Shown: positions 1 through 12,632 of the stretch, piece after piece
How the letters are laid out: the number at the start of each line of letters is the position of its first letter
Position numbering within the stretch: the stretch's first letter is position 1
NCBI RefSeq assembly: GCF_006345805.1
Contig: NC_043003.1
Location: 88,288,001 to 88,352,000 of the forward strand
Origin: Octopus sinensis
Lineage: Eukaryota
Direction: 5' to 3'
Length of the DNA stretch: 64,000 bases
Notes under the pieces: model-generated
Database searches by the model: none
What the model was told of the DNA's origin: nothing
Seen by the model: the letters and a program-made list of their open reading frames with translations, nothing else
Program-made: the position numbers and the translations under genes

Positions 1-149
1 GCGAAGACCCGGCAAATAAAGTGAGTTCACGGTTGTAATCTACACCAGTTTTGAGTAAGCATTAGCCCATTCAAAAGTACCTTGGATCATAGGGCAACCT
101 GATGTGCTTGTGTAGACCTATTGAGTCAAGTACATCAACAGCAAAATGA

Positions 150-499
150 AAATCAAATGGAAATTGTAATTGTGATACCCGTGCCAGTGGCACGTAAAAA
201 GCACCATCCAAACGTGGCCAATGCCAGCGCCTTCTCAGGTGGCTTCCATCCTGGTGTCATGTAAAAAGCACCAACTGATTGTGGCCGTCGCCTCCCTCCT
301 TTGGCCCCTGTGCCAATGGTATGTAAAAAGCAACCATTAAACTCATGGAGTCATTGGCGTTTGAAGGGCATCCAGCTGTAGAAACATTGCCAGATCAGAC
401 TGGAGCCTGGTTCAGGCTCCTGGCTTCTCAGACCCCAGTCGAACCGTCCAACTCATGCTAGCAGGGAAAATAGACATTAAATGATGATGATGATGATGA
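150..499 (+). mobile_element. (ATG)n-tailed SINE/RTE 3'-end repeat
   Basis: gtggcacgtaaaaagcacc subrepeats, gaagggcatccagctgtagaaac core and (atg)n tail, shared with more than 10 copies in this window. Confidence 0.8.
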
Positions 500-529
500 T
501 GTATATCTATATCTATATGTATATATATA

Positions 530-1020
530 TAAGCATTAAACTGAATCCCAAAACTTTCTATAAATTCGCAAAGGAAACAGCCACAATACAACATAAAATA
601 GGACCATTGTTGCAAGGAAATGACTCACTGATGGCAGACCCAGGAAGGACAAGTGAGTTACTCAGTGAACAAATTAAAGAGTGTCTTTGCCTCCCCACCT
701 TGGACACATGCAGATAAAAAATCCAGCTGAATTCTTTCATATTGCAGCCCTCTTGCAGCTATCAATTACATCAACATTGAGGAAACAGATGTGACAGTGG
801 CCATATCTGAAATGAACTCATGCTCCCCAACTGGTCCTGATGGCTTCCCAGCCATTCTCATAAAGTCATGTATGCAGGCTTTAGCGAAACCACTTCACAT
901 ACTTTTCCAAAGTTTCCTTCCAAATGGTATACTTCCTAAAAAGCTGAAAGAAGGTTTATATGCCCTATCCACAAAGGTGGAAGCTGAGCAGAGGCCAAAA
1001 ACTACACATCAATCTCCTTG
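530..1020 (+). mobile_element. Decayed non-LTR retrotransposon ORF2 fragment (CR1/L2-like)
   Basis: KLNPKTFYKFAK...GPDGFPAILIKSC...LAKPLHILFQSFL..G.LP...CPIHKGG across frameshifts, the typical pre-RT and RT start of LINE ORF2. Confidence 0.7.
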
Positions 1021-1227
1021 ACTTCACATATCAGTAAAGTCATGGAGTGAATCATTAGATATATGTATATATACACAGATGTATGTATATACATGTATAT
1101 ATATATATATAGATGTATATGTATAGCTGTATATGTATTGATGTATATGTATAGATGTATTTCTATAGCTGTATATGTGTAGATGTATATTTATATATAT
1201 ATAGATGTACATGTCATATGTACACAT

Positions 1228-1745
1228 ATCATCATCATCATCATCGTTTAACGTCCGCTTTCCATGCTAGCATGGGTTGGATGATTTGACTGAGGTCTGG
1301 CTGCACCAGGCTCCAATCTGATCTGGCTGAGTTTCTACAGCTGGATGCCCTTCCTAACCCCAACCACTCTGAGAGTGTAGTGGGTGATTTTATGTGCCAC
1401 TGGCACAAGGGCCAGTTAGGCAGTACTGGCAACAGTCATGCTCAAATGGTGCTTTTTATGTGCCACCTGCATAGGAGCCAGTCCAGTGGCACTGGCAACG
1501 ACCTTGCTCAAATGTTTTCTCACATGCCTCCAGCACAACTGCCAGAAAGGCAACGCAGGTAACAATCACACTCAAATGGTGCTTTTTACGTGCCACCGGC
1601 ACAGAAGCCAGTTTGTTGCTCTGGCAACGGTCATGCTCGGATGGTACTCTTAGTGCTCTACTAGCATGGATGACAATTTTGGTTTCAGTTTCATTTGCCT
1701 CAACAGGTCTTCACAAGCATAGTTTAGTGTCCAATGAAGGAAAGG
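1228..1745 (-). mobile_element. (ATG)n-tailed SINE/RTE 3'-end repeat
   Basis: catcatcatcgtttaacgtccgctttccatgctagcatggg start followed by the subrepeat array. Confidence 0.8.
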
Positions 1746-1836
1746 CACACATTATATACCTTTCCTTCATTATATATACACATAAATACATATATACACC
1801 CATACATACCCATACACACACACACACATATACATA

Positions 1837-2160
1837 GGTGCAGGTGTGGCTATGTGGTAACAATCTTGGTTCCAAAAAACATGGTCCTGGTTTCAGTCCC
1901 ACTGTATGGTGACTTGGTAGGTGTCTTCTGCTATAGCCTCAGACCAACCAAAGCCTTGTCAGTGGATGACGATGACAGAAACTGAAAGAAATCAATCATA
2001 TATATATGAATGTATATATGTAAGTGTATGTGTGTGTCTTTTTTCTGTGTTTCTCCCTCATCACTGCTTCACAACTGCTGTTCGTTTATTTACATCCCCA
2101 AAACTTACTGGTTTCACAAGAAGAAACTGATAGAATAACTACCAGGCTTATCAAAATAAA
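1837..2160 (+). mobile_element. tRNA-derived SINE
   Basis: ggtgtggctatgtggtaa head, ggtttcagtcccact B-box-like motif and gtgtcttctgctatagcc body. Homologous copies at 33115/34833 and 39694. Confidence 0.7.
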
Positions 2161-2226
2161 AAAAACCCACTAGGCAGTGTCTCATCTTTTTGTTTGCCCA
2201 CTCAGTTGTATCTATCAATTTATTTT

Positions 2227-2261
<35 letters not shown>

Positions 2262-3639
2262 TATACACACACACATATATACATGTATGTATATGTGCAT
2301 ATTCATATCTATTATATCACAGTCAATGTCTTTGTGTTACTTATTCATTCGAAAACTGCTGCACCAATCCTAATGAAATTTGGAAGACAAAATCCAAGCC
2401 TAGGGAGAAGGGTAATGCCGAGTGTTTCGTACAATTTCATGGACCAAAATTACTGAATGGATCCTTATGATATTTGGAACTTAGATTCAGTGCATAAGGG
2501 TGGGTATAATGCAATATGTTTGGTTTGAATTTTAGATAGCTTAATGGCTTGAATTTCAGATGGCTTTAAATCAATAAATAAGGAGTTATTAGTAATTAAA
2601 GTTTGAAAATTTTAGCCAAGTGTAAGCCACAGACACATTTATGTCTGTTTCGATAGTAACATGCAGAAACATGAGGACTCTTTTGCCTGTTGCCAGAGTA
2701 ACAGTCTTTGAAAAATCTTTTATCTACGAGGAAGCACATGTTGACAAATGTTAGTTTACTTGTTTCTTTTTGTCATTGAGCCTAAGGTGCCACACAGTAG
2801 AATGAACCTGAATTTAGGTGGTTAAAAAGTGAACTACTGAACAATGCAGTCACACCAGTGTCTAACCAACATTAATAATGAGTTAATTTTAACTGCAAAC
2901 AAACTAATATAACAAAACATTATTAACATTTCTACAGATTGAATGATCACACAGATCCTCTTCTTGATCACTGGTCAAAGTTGAAGTGATCAAACAGAAA
3001 AAGGTGAAAATTCCTAGATTTTGAGTTATGGATGTAATTATTTATAATATTATATATTAATATTAATTAATATTATACTGAGTTTCCAAACGCTTTACCT
3101 TAATAAAAATCAACAAGAAACGTTTTTTTGCTAGTTAAAATTTTTATTCTTCGATTTATATTTTGATAATTTTTGTATATTTTCATACAAGGAATCATTA
3201 GGTATTTGCACAAACAAGAAAAATAAAACAAAAACAAAATATAAAATGTCCAACACTTTTATTGATTTGTCATAATTAGTTTGTATTGACTGAAATCAGT
3301 CTGAAATGGTTAAAAGGTTATAAGTTCACAGCACCAGGCACAAAGGCCAAATTAAAATTTCACAATGTCCGTGCTTTTCTCAAGAACATTATCAGTGTAA
3401 GTAAAGGGAATTGGTTTCAATGAGAAACAAATTAGGCCACAGACTTGTTTGGACCTTTCAACTCTGTAGCACTCACCTCAAAGACAAATATGAAGATAAA
3501 TAGGCAATTTTAGCATGACCTCAAAACATATCTGGTACATATTTATTGACTCCTGGAAAGGTGAAATTGGGGGCATTTAGTTTAATGAATTCACCAATGA
3601 ATTCAATGAGTTCCCAAGAATTCACTATCTCAACAGTTT

Positions 3640-4330
3640 TTAATGATAATTGTTTTTAGTATAAACACAAAGCCTGTAGTTTTCATGGGTTAGGTGATTA
3701 CTCCTCACCCACCCTTTATGCCCTTCGCTGGTATTTTATTTTGTCAATCAGCAAAAGGATGAATGGCAAAATTGACAACATGTGGGGTCTGAACTCAGAC
3801 TGTAACTAAAGACTGGAAAGAATTTTATCTGACACTCTAATAATTCTGCCAATCCATCATCCTTTTAATAATAATTCTTTCAAATGTTAGAAGGTCAGCA
3901 AATTTTAAGGAGAAGGAGTTAGTCAATTACATTGACCCCAGTACTTGACAGGTGCTGTATTTCATCGAGCCCAGGAGAATGAAAGGCAAAGTTGACCTTG
4001 GCAAGATTTGAACTCAGAACATAAAGAACCAGAAGACATTGCTGAGCATTTTGTTTGATGTGCTAGCAATTCTGCTAACTCATTAGCTTTCAAATAATAA
4101 TAATTTCTAGTATAGGCACAAGGCCATAAATTTAGGGGAATAGTTTAAATGATTAAAATCCATCTAGGTATTTACCTGAACTTTGTTGACCTTGCTACGA
4201 TTTGAACTCAGGATGTTAAAGAGACAGAAATTGTTTATAAGATAGGCACAAAATCTTAAATTTTAGAAGGAACAGTTAATAACATCGTCAAGTATTTAAC
4301 CAGAATAATGACTCAATTAATTAGAGATTC
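3640..4330 (-). mobile_element. Stack of decayed tRNA-SINE remnants (ggcaaagttgacc...tttgaactcag family)
   Basis: The motif gatgaaaggcaaagttgacc...gatttgaactcag recurs three times here and again near 26490, 27020, 43600 and 43860. Confidence 0.55.
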
Positions 4331-5099
4331 TGATAATAGGGAGAGGCATAGGATTTAAAAAAATAAAGGGTTTCTTGCAATGTGAGATTTTGTTTTGTTT
4401 GGGGAGGGGGAGAATGAGTATTTTATAATGTTCATGCTTTTCCTCCAAAACAATCACTGAAGGAAACAAAGCTCTTAACTTGGACATAACTTTAGTTGCA
4501 TGCAGTCAGATTGCCTTGGATTTATTTCAATGTACACTACATTTAGAAATAATGGTTATGGGGGCATGCAGTGGGTGAATTCATGGTTAGAATGTAAAAT
4601 AAAGAGAATGAGATTTCAAAACAGAAGAGAAATAAAAATGTAAGGTTGAGTCCCCTTTCCTCCAGATCAAACAAGGGGGAACTCAAGAAGTAGAAAAAAT
4701 AAATTGAAATGTTATATGAAACACCAAATTTATAAACTCTCATAGCAGTAACTTAGCCAATTGACTGTAGATCTCTGATATGGTTTGTGCTGAAACAGGA
4801 GGTAATGCGCTATCAACAGCCATTATCAGGGAACACAAAGTAAATAATGCATAGTGCAGAAAGGTCTGAAAGTCATGTCTTTATACACTATGTGTGTGTC
4901 TATATATATATATATATTTATAAGTAGTTAAGTTTATGTCCGGTCATAGTGACCAATGGTTTTGCATCCACAAAGACCTTAAACTTATGAACAGCTCATC
5001 AAACTTTAATGCCAAAGACAAATGTAACTCTTCACATCTGGGAGGCAAGAATCCATTATGGTCATTTGGGCAGCAACAAATAAATAGTCCAGGGTCAGT

Positions 5100-5480
5100 A
5101 AGGATGGCTTATCTCCGTTAGACCAGTTTTGTGTGACCTAAAAGATGGGGAACAAAGGATTTATCCCTTGGGCTGCTTTTGGATTCTAAGGGCCCTTCCG
5201 GGTCTAGTTGGAGAACAGGGTTTCCCATGCTTGCAGCAGGTAGTGGTTGAAATGGATGCAAGGACGGCAAATTTCCTGGTGATTGTTCAGTGATCCAACT
5301 TCCAGGGAGTCTTTGAGTATCCATGCTCCCTTGGGTCTGCAAAGCTTGCAGCATTCACTCCTGTTAATGTAGGGTAATGGCCACTCTAAGATCCTCCACT
5401 TGATATTCTATAGGGTACCTTAATCGTTGAGGCACAATACGTGTCTGGTCAGGGGTGTGATAAATAATTTTTCTGGAATC
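5100..5480 (-). mobile_element. Decayed LINE (RTE-like) ORF2 C-terminal remnant
   Basis: Broken frames read RHVLCLND...ILEWPLP...CRPKGAWILKDSL, resembling the GH..RM...RPRGRP tail of RTE ORF2. Confidence 0.35.
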
Positions 5481-5985
5481 CTGAAAGAGGACCTGTGGCT
5501 GTACAGTCATCACTTGAAGGCTGTCCCAGCTGACCCAATCTGATATATATCCAGCTACCCTTTTTACACACGCTCACACACACACACAAATTAAACGCAC
5601 CTCATGAAACACGTGCAGAAGTGAAATTTGGAACTGAAATAGAAAGTATTAAAATAAATTCTACGATATGGTATATTAGGATTTGATGAATTGCATGAGG
5701 ACTTTTATCTCTAAATGACATATTTTTTTTTGAGAATAATTCAATTTATTTGAATCCCTGTGACAGCAGAATTTTTATACCCTAATTAATACATAATCAT
5801 ATATATATATATATATATGTTAGTTATCGCCATACAAATATGGCATTCTTATAAAAATAAGAATAAAGCTGTCCGCTTATTAGCTCCATGAGGCCATCGC
5901 CTTAAGTTAGCTATTTGATACACAAACTGTATCCATATAACCTTCGAACAAGGGAGGTCAGTCGCTCCACACTACTTGACCGGCA

Positions 5986-6027
5986 GCTACAGACGCGTTT
6001 CGGGGTATTGCCCCTTTTCAATGCAGC
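5986..6027 (-). ncRNA. Decayed minimal type-I hammerhead ribozyme
   Basis: Minus strand reads GCTGCA-TTGAAAA-GGGG caata CCCC-GAAA-CGCGT-C-TGTAGC: stem I 6 bp, stem II 4 bp, palindromic ACGCGT stem III, GUC site. The core differs from CUGANGA at two positions. Confidence 0.6.
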
Positions 6028-6115
6028 ATAGCCAGCCAGTACGTGTCGCTTCCGACAATCTCTGTTCGATGGTTTTATTTACCTAGTTTCGGTGGAATAC
6101 ATCCACTTGTTTTCA

Positions 6116-6184
6116 ATAATAGAAATATTAAAATTACTAAGTCTCTCTAAAAGAGAGACTTAGTAATTTTAATATTTCTATTAT
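6116..6184. repeat. Perfect 33-bp inverted repeat with 3-nt loop
   Basis: ATAATAGAAATATTAAAATTACTAAGTCTCTCT aaa AGAGAGACTTAGTAATTTTAATATTTCTATTAT. Confidence 0.95.
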
Positions 6185-7739
6185 ATATATATATGTATAT
6201 ATATATATAATCATACATAATTATATATATATACTGTTATATGTATATATTTTTATTTTTATATATATATATACATACATTTATATAAGTAATCATACAT
6301 AATTATATATATATATATACTTTTATATAAAAACTTACTTGGAGAAAAGAAAAGAAACGAAACGACGCGAGGGCGCTCAGTCATACGATAATTTAAAAAA
6401 TAAAATATATGCATATATACATGTATGTACGTACCTACATCTACATGTATATACACATGCATATATATATAGATATATATATATATCTATAATAGTACAG
6501 GACACCACAAATAGAATATATATATATATACAACATATATATTATACATATATATATATACATGTATATATATATAGACACACATGTATATATATATATA
6601 TACACACATATATATATATACACACATATATATATATATATATACATGTATATATATATATATATACATATATATACATATATATACATGTATATATATA
6701 TATATACATATATACATAGACATATATATACATATATATACCATATTATACATATATATATATATACATATATATATATACATATAATATATACATATAA
6801 TACATATATATACATATACATATATATATACATATACATATATATAATACATATAATACATATACATACATATACATATATATATACATATACAATATAT
6901 ATACATATATTATATATACATATATACGTATATATATACATTATACGTATATATATACTATATATACATATAATATATATATACTATATATATACGATAT
7001 ATACATATACATATATATATACATATATATATATATACATACATATATACAGTTATATCATATATATATATACATATACATACATACATATATATATATA
7101 CATACATATATATATATACATATATATTATTAGTGAATTGAAGAAATGGAGTTGAATATGTATATGTAATGTATATATGAATATGTATATTATATATATA
7201 TATTGTATATCTATAATGTATATATATTATATGTATATATGTATATATTATATGTATATATTGTATATATATATATATATATATATGTATACATATATAT
7301 ATATATAAGGCGCATGGCTCAGTGGTTAGAGCGTTGAGCTTACGATCGTGAGGTTGTGAGCTCGAATCCCGACCGGGCTGCGTGTTGTGTTCTTGAGCAA
7401 GACACTTTATTTCACGTTGCTTCCAGTTCACTCATCTGTAGAAATGAGTTGCGACGTCACAGGTGCCAAGCTGTATCGACCTTTGTCTTTCCCTTGGATA
7501 ACACTGGTGGCGTGGAGAGGGGAGGCCGGTATGCATGGGCGACTACTGGTCTTCCATAAAACAACCTTGCCCAGACTTGTGCCTCAGAGGGTAACTCTCT
7601 AGGTGCAAACCCATGGTCACTCATAACCGAAGGGGGTCTTTACCCTTTATATATATGTATATATATATATATGTATATATATACATGTATATATATATAT
7701 GTGTGTATATATATGTGTGTATATATATATATACATGTG

Positions 7740-7786
<47 letters not shown>

Positions 7787-9115
7787 GTATATATATATAT
7801 GTGTGTATATATATATATATATTCTATTTGTGGTGTCCTGTACTCATATATATATATATATATATATGCATGTGTATATACATGTAGATGTAGGTACGTA
7901 CATACATGTATGTATGCATATATTTTATTTTTTAAATTATTGTATGACTGAAGAAATGGAGTTGAAGAAATGGAGTTGAATATTAAATTCAATTATCCGC
8001 ACCAACGCACGTTTGCAACACCATATGGTTGTACCTCCAACCGTGCTTTCTTCTTCTGCTGTGATTTTGCTACCAAGGTATCGGTTAAACTTTTGATTAA
8101 TCTGCAACAAGATTATTCATCTTTCTATTTCACCAAATTCATACAAATATATATCTATATATATATAATATACATATATACATATATATATACATACATA
8201 CTATATATATACATATAATATATATATATATAATACATATATATAATACAATTACATATTACATATATATACATATACATATATATATATACATATACAT
8301 AATATACATTATACATATATATACATATACATATATAATATACATATATATACATACATAATATCTATATATATATAATATATATATACACATAATATAT
8401 ATCGTCTATATATATATTATATATATATTGTATCATATATATATTATACATGTTATATTATATACCTACGTATATTATTGTATATATTTATATACATGTA
8501 TATATATATTGTATATATATATAATATATAATAAATTATATATATATATAATATATACTATATATATATATGATATTATATATTATAATATACATATAGA
8601 TATATACATGTATATATATATATACTATATATATATATACATTGTATATATATATATAATATATATATATACATGTATAACGTGGGTGAATATATATATA
8701 ATTCTATGTTATAAACATTTTATATTAAATTATAAAATTATATATCTAACATATATACATATTGAAATATATATTTATTATCCTAAAAACATATATATAA
8801 ACAACATGTAATAGAGTATATATATAGTGTATCTCGCTTTACGTGAGCGTAGGACACACACAAAAATACCTCTATCTCGCTCAGTAACTACGGCACGACG
8901 AAATTTTTTAAAAATTTATACAATATATATTTTGGAAAGGAAAAAATATTATCACCATTTCAGAGACATTTATATATTCTCTACAATACTATATATATAT
9001 ATTATATTTATATATACGATATTATATAAATATATTATATACATATATATAATATCATATATCTCATATATACATATATATTATATAACATGTATATATC
9101 TCTATATATAAAACT
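6185..9115. repeat. Compound (TA)n/(TACA)n microsatellite field with embedded repeats
   Basis: Visible directly. Source of the Y/I/H/T-rich spurious ORFs. Confidence 0.95.
7309..7648 (+). mobile_element. tRNA-derived SINE with MetaSINE-like central domain
   Basis: A box TGGCTCAGTGG and B box GCTCGAATCC, then tgtgttcttgagcaagacacttta. No tRNA acceptor stem closes. Confidence 0.75.
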
Positions 9116-9540
9116 GAAATGCGTTTTTACCGCTTGGATCGCTTTCAATGCCACTACGTCCCGTCTGATTCGCTCCAAAATTTACAGGGACATGTAGAAT
9201 GAGGTGACGATGCCCGTGGGCTACCTTAGAAATCCCTTTCTTAAAAGGTGTGGTTGCTAGGGGCCATCTTCCTCACTCACGCTATTTCCTCTATTGCTCC
9301 TCAACTCACTCTCGCTATTTCCTCTCTTCCCAGAACATTTTCACTCACTCTATCTCTTAGCTTCCCATAACTTTCACTTATGTATCTGTCTGCATTCATA
9401 CAGAGAAACAAATATTCCATTGCCATCGCATTCTATTGTCTACCTGTCAACGTGCCGATCGACCAAATACAAAGACAAGGTTACCTGCTTACCAGTCGAA
9501 TTCAGCGTCAACGCTCACGTATGAGAGAGACTCCAACACA
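9097..9540 (+). mobile_element. Possible non-autonomous Helitron-like 5' fragment
   Basis: Begins tctctatatataaaactgaaatg in a TA tract, like the 5' end of the Helitron at 16.8 kb. No CTAG 3' end found. Confidence 0.25.
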
Positions 9541-10775
9541 CACACATATACATATATATATAAATGTATATATACAAAGTGTATATATCTGTATTTATGT
9601 ATAATAAACTTTTTAATACTTTTTGATAGTTACGTAAAGGGAACTGGTTGCTTCTTTACACTTTTTGGGTGCAACTTGGGTGCGAGACAGATAATTTTCT
9701 CTGTTAATTACGTGACCAACAGGGGTCTAACAGGGGGAAATTATGCCTAAACACGAGTGCAGTGCATGTGAACATGCGACGTGCTTTGAGTCGGGAGAAG
9801 AATTGAGCTGACGCAGACGTGTTGCAAAACAAGGGAGTACATGTGCAGAACAGAGGTGCATGAGTGCAATAGGGCTTGCTAGGCTGAAATACAGTGTACA
9901 GTATTGAATATGCCAGTGATTAATACAGTAAGGCTCAGGCTGCCAGCCAGTGCTTGAGCTATTATATGCCTTGGTCGTGCAGGAACAAAAGTGTGGCATC
10001 TGGCGCGTTGTAAGGGACAAACAACTTTCTCTATGTATGCGTAACCAACCTAGGGTCTTACAGAAATGAGTTGTGTTTACAAGGGCACATTGAGCATAGA
10101 AAACAAGCGAGAAAGGCATGTGTGGCGTATGAATGTGACAGAGATAGCATTTGTGTGTGTATTAACTATGTGTGTTCGTGTGTGCGACAGAAGTACAAAC
10201 AAGGTGTATGTGGGCAAAACAAAATACAGCGCATAGGAAAAGTCTCTCAGGGTATTTCAGACAAGATGGAGTTAATTTACCAGTTCGTAGTAAAGTACAT
10301 AATAGCAGTTCGTTCTGTAACAGGATGTTCGGATCACAAGTGCAGATGCCGGTTGAACACATGTCGTGTAGCGGTTGTGGCTTCAATGCTGTGCCAAATT
10401 ACATTGGTACAGAAGATCTTGCAGGTAGTGCTGTGCTGTTAACCTCGGTGAAAATCATAACAGCGTGAAAGCTAAACCTGAATGAGTGCTATGTACATAT
10501 TAGTGTTGCTGGAGATGAAGGCGACGGAGATGGAGACGACATGAAGTTGAAGGACAACGATGGTGATGGCGACGGCAGAGAAAGGCGACGTTGAGATGAA
10601 GGTGTCGGTGGCGTTGCTGGTGTATGTTAGCGTCGTCATTGGCTGGAGCAGGAACATGACTGGCTGGTCTGGTCGTCTGTCGCTGGAACTGGAACATGGT
10701 TGAGTAAGCTCTGTGTGGACGAAGACTGCGGCGGATTGATTGGTTCAGACTAGGTAGAAACTAGATTTTAGCTAA

Positions 10776-10987
10776 GTGTTCTATGGTCTATGACCTGAAC
10801 TCGGGAAACTTAGTTGAGTGTTCTATGGTCTATGACCAGAACTCGGGAAACTTGCTTGACTGTTCTATGGTCTATGACCAGAACTCGGGAAACTTGGTTG
10901 AGTGTTCTATGGTCTATGACCAGAACTCGGGAAACTTGGTTGAGTGTTCTATGGTCTATGACCAGAACTCGGGAAACTTGGTTGAGT
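10776..10987 (+). repeat. 42-bp minisatellite, 5 copies
   Basis: Unit gtgttctatggtctatgaccagaactcgggaaacttggttga, head to tail with no spacers. Confidence 0.95.
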
Positions 10988-11664
10988 CCTCATCTTATAA
11001 AATGTGGCCCCAGTAGACCCAAATGAAATCGGGTTATATTAACCAAATGTGAAAAGGGGTCTAAATGGGGCTGGAAGGGGATTAAAATTTAAAGGAGCAG
11101 GTGTTTAGCAATTCTCTGTTACATCAAGCTAAAAAATTTGCGCCAGCCTTTTAATCGTCAATGTGTTGCCGTCCATGATGAAGAAGTTTTGAATGCTTGC
11201 CATCGTGAGTCTACTGTCGTGAGAATGAATCAATTCAAAACTTGGTGTTTAGGGATTTTCTTTTACATCAAGTTCAAAATTTTACGCCAGCCGTTGAACT
11301 GTCAATGCGTTGCTGTCCGTCGTTAAGAAATGCCAGCCATGGTGACTCTACTATCCTCAAATTCTATCCCTTCAAACTTTGGTTTCCAATATTTTATTAT
11401 TTTGATTCAGCTCGCAAGTTCGTCTGTCCCTTTTAAATGTTAGAGTTTTGCTGTCTGCCTTGAAGCAGACCTTTCGGTTGTTACTGCCTGATATTTATGA
11501 TTGATCTTCCTAAATATTTTATTTCTCAAATTACTCAAGATCTTTTGTTGTTTATAAATGGGAGAGAGATAGATAAAGATAGAGAGTAAGAGAAAGCGAG
11601 GGAGAGTCCAAGAGAAAAGAAGAGTAAGAGAGTGGGAAAGTGAGAGAGAAACAAAGAGGGAGAA

Positions 11665-11978
11665 TCATCATCATCATCATCATCGTTTAACGTCCGTTTT
11701 CCGTGCTAGCATGGGTCGGACAGTTTGACTGGGGTCTGGGAAGCCAGGAGGCTGCACCAGGCTCCAGTCTGATCTGGCAGTGTTTCTACAGGTGGGTGTC
11801 CTTCCTAACGCCAACCACTCTGTGAGCGTAGTGGGCGCTTTTTTCGTGCTGCCGGCACAGGTGCCAGGGGGGCTGGCAGCGGCCACGATCGGTTGCTGCT
11901 TTTTACGTGCCACCAGCACAGAAGCCAGTCAAGGCGGCGCTGCCATCCCCCACGTTCGGATGGTGCTTTTTACGTGCT
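11665..11978 (-). mobile_element. (ATG)n-tailed SINE/RTE 3'-end repeat
   Basis: (cat)n-cgtttaacgtccg start and the family core. Confidence 0.8.
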
Positions 11979-12060
11979 GAAAGGAAGCAACAGAAAGTAA
12001 CAACCACACTCTTACCCGCGCGTAGAGCGGGTCACCTTCAGCTAGTATATATATATTATA

Positions 12061-12100
<40 letters not shown>

Positions 12101-12164
12101 AATAATAAATATAGGGTAGCAAAAAATTCTAGAAAAAATAGTCAAAGACTATATAATATACATT

Positions 12165-12430
12165 CAACAATATACGGAATGGCCATATAGGACATTCGAC
12201 TCACTAGAAAGAGCAGCCAAAACTCATACCGCTAATAGTTGTAATTCTGAAATAGAAAGAGAAATAAAAACGTTTACCCCTTTTTTTGCCAAAGTTTTGC
12301 CGAAACTATGAAAGGGGTAAAAGTTTTTATTTCTCTTTCTATTTCAGAATTACAACTATTTAGCGGTATGAGTTTTGGCTGCTCTTTCTAGTGAGTCGAA
12401 TGTCCTATATGGCCATTCCTTATATTGTTG
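12165..12430. repeat. Fold-back inverted repeat, ~119-bp arms, 27-nt spacer
   Basis: 12165-12283 is the near-perfect reverse complement of 12311-12430 (a few mismatches). Confidence 0.92.
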
Positions 12431-12563
12431 TATATATATATATATATATATACTCATGTATATATATTATATATTATATATAATATAAATATATATAAAT
12501 ATATATATACATAAATTATATATATAAATATATATATATACATAAAAATTTATATACATATAC

Positions 12564-12598
<35 letters not shown>

Positions 12599-12632
12599 TG
12601 TATATATATCTATATATATATATATATATATA

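Noticed and set aside
2938-2989. Plus-strand terminal exon LNDHTDPLLDHWSKLK*
   Set aside because: The acceptor is good, but the frame is too short. The nearest upstream candidate (2650-2742) has an incompatible phase and no homology was recognised.
6259-7155. Long Y/I/H/T/M-rich ORFs (also 15130-16039, 18119-19714, 21802-22919, 55004-56143)
   Set aside because: They are translations of (TA)n/(TACA)n/(TG)n microsatellites that lack stop codons, not proteins.
7309-7385. tRNA gene
   Set aside because: A and B boxes are present, but no cloverleaf closes and the sequence continues into a SINE body.
10776-10987. CRISPR-like array
   Set aside because: The units are contiguous with no unique spacers, there are no cas genes, and the context is eukaryotic. 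It is a minisatellite.
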